Shown: in pieces, positions 61,275-64,000 of the stretch
How positions within the stretch are numbered: the first letter of the stretch is position 1
How the letters are laid out: every line of letters starts with the position of its first letter
DNA from: Prevotella sp.
Lineage (GTDB): Bacteria > Bacteroidota > Bacteroidia > Bacteroidales > Bacteroidaceae
Reading direction: 5' to 3'
NCBI GenBank assembly: GCA_022775985.1
Contig: JALFIM010000071.1
Location: 45,006-109,005 of the forward strand
Length of the DNA stretch: 64,000 bases
Notes under the pieces: model-generated
The model's input: the letters and a program-made list of their open reading frames with translations, nothing else
What the model was told of the DNA's origin: nothing
The model's database searches: none
Translations under genes and position numbers: made by a program

Positions 61275-61358
61275 TAAAACGGGCCGTTTTGCAGCGCGAA
61301 ATGGCCCGTTTTGGCGTGCAAAAGAGGCCGAATCGTAATGCAAAATGGCCCATTTCGC
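61275..61358. repeat. Palindromic 22-bp-unit repeat element, copy C
   Basis: Four units such as ATAAAACGGGCCGTTTTGCAGC and GCGAAATGGCCCGTTTTGGCGT; left flank resembles that of copy A. Confidence 0.88.
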
Positions 61359-61651
61359 CTGTTAATCTGTATGCGATGGGAGTAAGTCGGCCTTTTATCG
61401 CCTTTTATGTTGGGCATGTAAGCCGAGTGATTGTAAGCACACATCGTGGCTGTATGTGGTGTGGCGGAAGTGGTGTCAACATGACATGGCAACCCATTTG
61501 CTGAACCTTGAAATGCGCATTATCACTAAAAAATCGCTTGATTTATTCAGAAATTAGATACTTTTTAATATTATTTAGACAGTAATGTTCCTGTCTGTCT
61601 CATTTAAATTGTAATTTTGCGGTAAAATAAATTTACATAGTAGAAAACTAT

Positions 61652-62647
61652 ATGGCAGAATCTATTGATATCCGCGAACTGAACATGCGGATAGAGCAGC
61701 AGAGCGGCTTTGTCACAAACCTTGTGACGGGTATGAACCGCGTAATCGTAGGTCAGAAACATCTTATCGACTCTCTTCTCATCTCTTTGCTGAGTGATGG
61801 TCACATACTCCTTGAGGGCGTGCCGGGACTGGCAAAGACACTTGCAATAAAGACATTGTCACAGCTCATAGATGCCGACTTCAGTCGCATACAGTTTACT
61901 CCAGACTTGCTGCCGGCCGATGTCGTGGGCACTCTCGTGTACTCGCAGAAGGACAACAACTTCCAGGTGAAGAAAGGCCCCGTGTTTGCCAACTTCGTAT
62001 TGGCGGATGAGATAAACCGTGCCCCGGCCAAGGTGCAGAGCGCGTTGCTTGAGGCTATGCAGGAGCATCAGGTCACTATCGGTGACAACACGTTCAGCCT
62101 CCCGAAGCCTTTCCTCGTGATGGCTACCCAGAACCCGATAGAGCAGGAGGGCACCTATCAGTTGCCAGAGGCACAGGTAGACCGTTTCATGCTGAAGGTG
62201 ATTATAGGCTACCCCACACTGGAGGAGGAGAAACTCATCATCCGTGAGAATATCAACGGCAGTATGCCCAAGGTGACACCTGTGACTACGGCCGCCGAGA
62301 TACTGAAGGCGCGTGATGTGGTCAATGAGGTGTACATCGATGAGAAGATAGAGCAGTATATCGCAGACATCGTGTTTGCTTCGCGCTACCCCGAGAAGTA
62401 TGGCATGCCCGAGATGAAGGACATGATAACGTTTGGCGGTTCGCCGCGTGCGAGCATCAACCTCGCCAAGGCTGCCCGTGCATACGCTTTCATAAAGCGC
62501 CGTGGATATGTGGTGCCCGAGGATGTGCGTGCGGTCGCCCATGATGTGATGCGTCACCGCATAGGCTTATCTTATGAGGCAGAGGCCAGCAACATCACGA
62601 GCGAGGAAATCGTGTCGAAGATTATAAATAAGGTGGAGGTGCCCTGA
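61652..62647 (+). CDS. moxR: MoxR family AAA+ ATPase
   Basis: LEGVPGLAKT, RIQFTPDLLPAD, DEINRA, ATQNPIEQEGTY. Confidence 0.94.
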   Translation: MAESIDIRELNMRIEQQSGFVTNLVTGMNRVIVGQKHLIDSLLISLLSDGHILLEGVPGLAKTLAIKTLSQLIDADFSRIQFTPDLLPADVVGTLVYSQKDNNFQVKKGPVFANFVLADEINRAPAKVQSALLEAMQEHQVTIGDNTFSLPKPFLVMATQNPIEQEGTYQLPEAQVDRFMLKVIIGYPTLEEEKLIIRENINGSMPKVTPVTTAAEILKARDVVNEVYIDEKIEQYIADIVFASRYPEKYGMPEMKDMITFGGSPRASINLAKAARAYAFIKRRGYVVPEDVRAVAHDVMRHRIGLSYEAEASNITSEEIVSKIINKVEVP

Positions 62648-62807
62648 CATCTGCCGCGCCATTGCAGCAAGGGCCTGTGGCCTGTGGCAGCGGCGAGCGG
62701 TGCCTGTCGGCAGTATGGCGTGATGCCTCAGCCGGTAACGGCTGTGCCCAACGGTACCGAAACACGAGTAAATAATAATGGGACGTACATGGCCGGCCTC
62801 ATAATGT

Positions 62808-63716
62808 ATGGCAGGGATGGTGACCTCCCTAAATGTTGTGACTACTGTGGAAACTTCTGACGTACTAAAGAAAGTAAGGAAAATAGAGATAAAGACACGC
62901 GGCTTGAGCCGTAATATATTTGCGGGTCAGTATCATTCTGCGTTCAAGGGGCGTGGTATGGCATTCGCCGAGGTGCGCGAATATCAGTACGGCGATGACG
63001 TGCGTGATATAGACTGGAATGTGACGGCACGTTTCCAACGCCCGTATGTCAAGGTGTTTGAGGAGGAACGTGAGCTTACGGTCATGCTCCTCATAGATGT
63101 GTCGGGGTCTCTTGACTTCGGAACGATGCGTCAGACAAAGTCGGATATGGCCACCGAGATTGCCGCCACGCTTGCATTCAGCGCTATACAGAACAATGAT
63201 AAGATAGGCGTGATATTCTTCTCTGACAAGATCGAGAAGTACATTCCGCCGAAGAAGGGCCGCAAGCATATCCTGTATATCATAAGGGAAATGCTCGGCT
63301 TCCACCCCGAGAGCCACAGGACAGATGTCGGTATGGCGGTGGAATACCTGACACGCGTGATGAAGCGTCGGTGTACGGCTTTCATACTCAGCGATTTCTA
63401 TGACCGCAAGGACTTCCTGTCTGCCATGCAGATAGCCAACAGCAAGCACGACGTGGCCGCCATACAGGTGTATGACAAGCGTGCCAAGGTGTTGCCTGAC
63501 GTAGGACTTGTCAAGGTGCGTGATGCCGAGACAGGACACGACATGATTATAGACACGAGTTCCAGCAAGCTCCGCCATGCACATACCAAGTACTGGATGG
63601 AGCGTGAGGAGGCTTTGCGCCAGTTGTTTGCCAAGAGCAATGTAGACTGGGTGTCAGTAGCTACTGATGAGGATTATGTGAAAGCTATGATGCAGTTGTT
63701 CGCTTCAAGGAGCTGA
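62808..63716 (+). CDS. DUF58 (vWA-like) protein
   Basis: GRGMAFAEVREY, DIDWNVTAR, DVSGS; true start probably slightly downstream. Confidence 0.9.
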   Translation: MAGMVTSLNVVTTVETSDVLKKVRKIEIKTRGLSRNIFAGQYHSAFKGRGMAFAEVREYQYGDDVRDIDWNVTARFQRPYVKVFEEERELTVMLLIDVSGSLDFGTMRQTKSDMATEIAATLAFSAIQNNDKIGVIFFSDKIEKYIPPKKGRKHILYIIREMLGFHPESHRTDVGMAVEYLTRVMKRRCTAFILSDFYDRKDFLSAMQIANSKHDVAAIQVYDKRAKVLPDVGLVKVRDAETGHDMIIDTSSSKLRHAHTKYWMEREEALRQLFAKSNVDWVSVATDEDYVKAMMQLFASRS

Positions 63717-63803
63717 ACGTATGTGGATATATTCTCGATACGTGAGTGAATGATATACAAATGTCGCTGCAACAGTTAATTAGTGATTATATTTGAAGTA
63801 AAG

Positions 63804-64000
63804 GTGAAACAGAAAATCATATTGTGCTTTTGTCTGCTCATAAGTGTGTGCGCCATGCATGCGCAGGTACATGTGGAGGCAAGGATAGACTCTATGGAGA
63901 TATTCATCGGCCAGCAGGCATCTCTTACGGTTGATGTCACTGCCCCTAAAAACTCCAAGGTGGTGTTTCCGTCATACAAGAGGTCTCAGTATATAGTGCC
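63804..64000 (+). CDS. Secreted protein of Bat-type operon, 5' partial
   Basis: GTG start, signal peptide, AQVHVEARIDSMEIFIGQQASLTV; runs off right edge. Confidence 0.7.
   Translation, partial: MKQKIILCFCLLISVCAMHAQVHVEARIDSMEIFIGQQASLTVDVTAPKNSKVVFPSYKRSQYIV

Noticed and set aside
1-64000. tRNA, rRNA, IS transposase or prophage genes
   Set aside because: None recognised on either strand.

Overview
Bacteroidales (Prevotella-like) chromosomal window, mostly GC-rich housekeeping genes: GH2/LacI, an unusual two-component pair, cls-kdsD-kdsA, prmA, infC-rpmI-rplT, PBP1A, the leu operon with a candidate attenuator, thrS, rmuC, maf, kdsC, xpt, prs, ugd, rsmE, an ABC transporter, hisGDC and a moxR/DUF58 (Bat-type) operon start. 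The main accessory element is an AT-rich, integrase-free island of about 7.4 kb (approx. 11.2-18.56 kb) between kdsA and prmA. It forms one tightly coupled operon: an UpxY/NusG-paralog antiterminator, a UG/Abi-class reverse transcriptase (YRDD), a RecD-like helicase with a duplicated beta-rich (TBP-like) tail, a helical-repeat plus OB-fold protein, a TerB-like protein, a decayed AlbA_2/Schlafen-HTH gene and a truncated XRE remnant. The helicase and TPR-OB pair resembles the predicted TOTE conflict systems. Their combination with a defence-type RT under an antiterminator is the best candidate for an undescribed anti-phage system. Other non-annotated structure: three copies of a 22-bp-unit palindromic repeat family, a leu leader peptide with terminator, 66-bp tandem units upstream of a nucleoside permease, and several long hairpins. 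All family assignments come from motif recognition by eye; no database searches were run.
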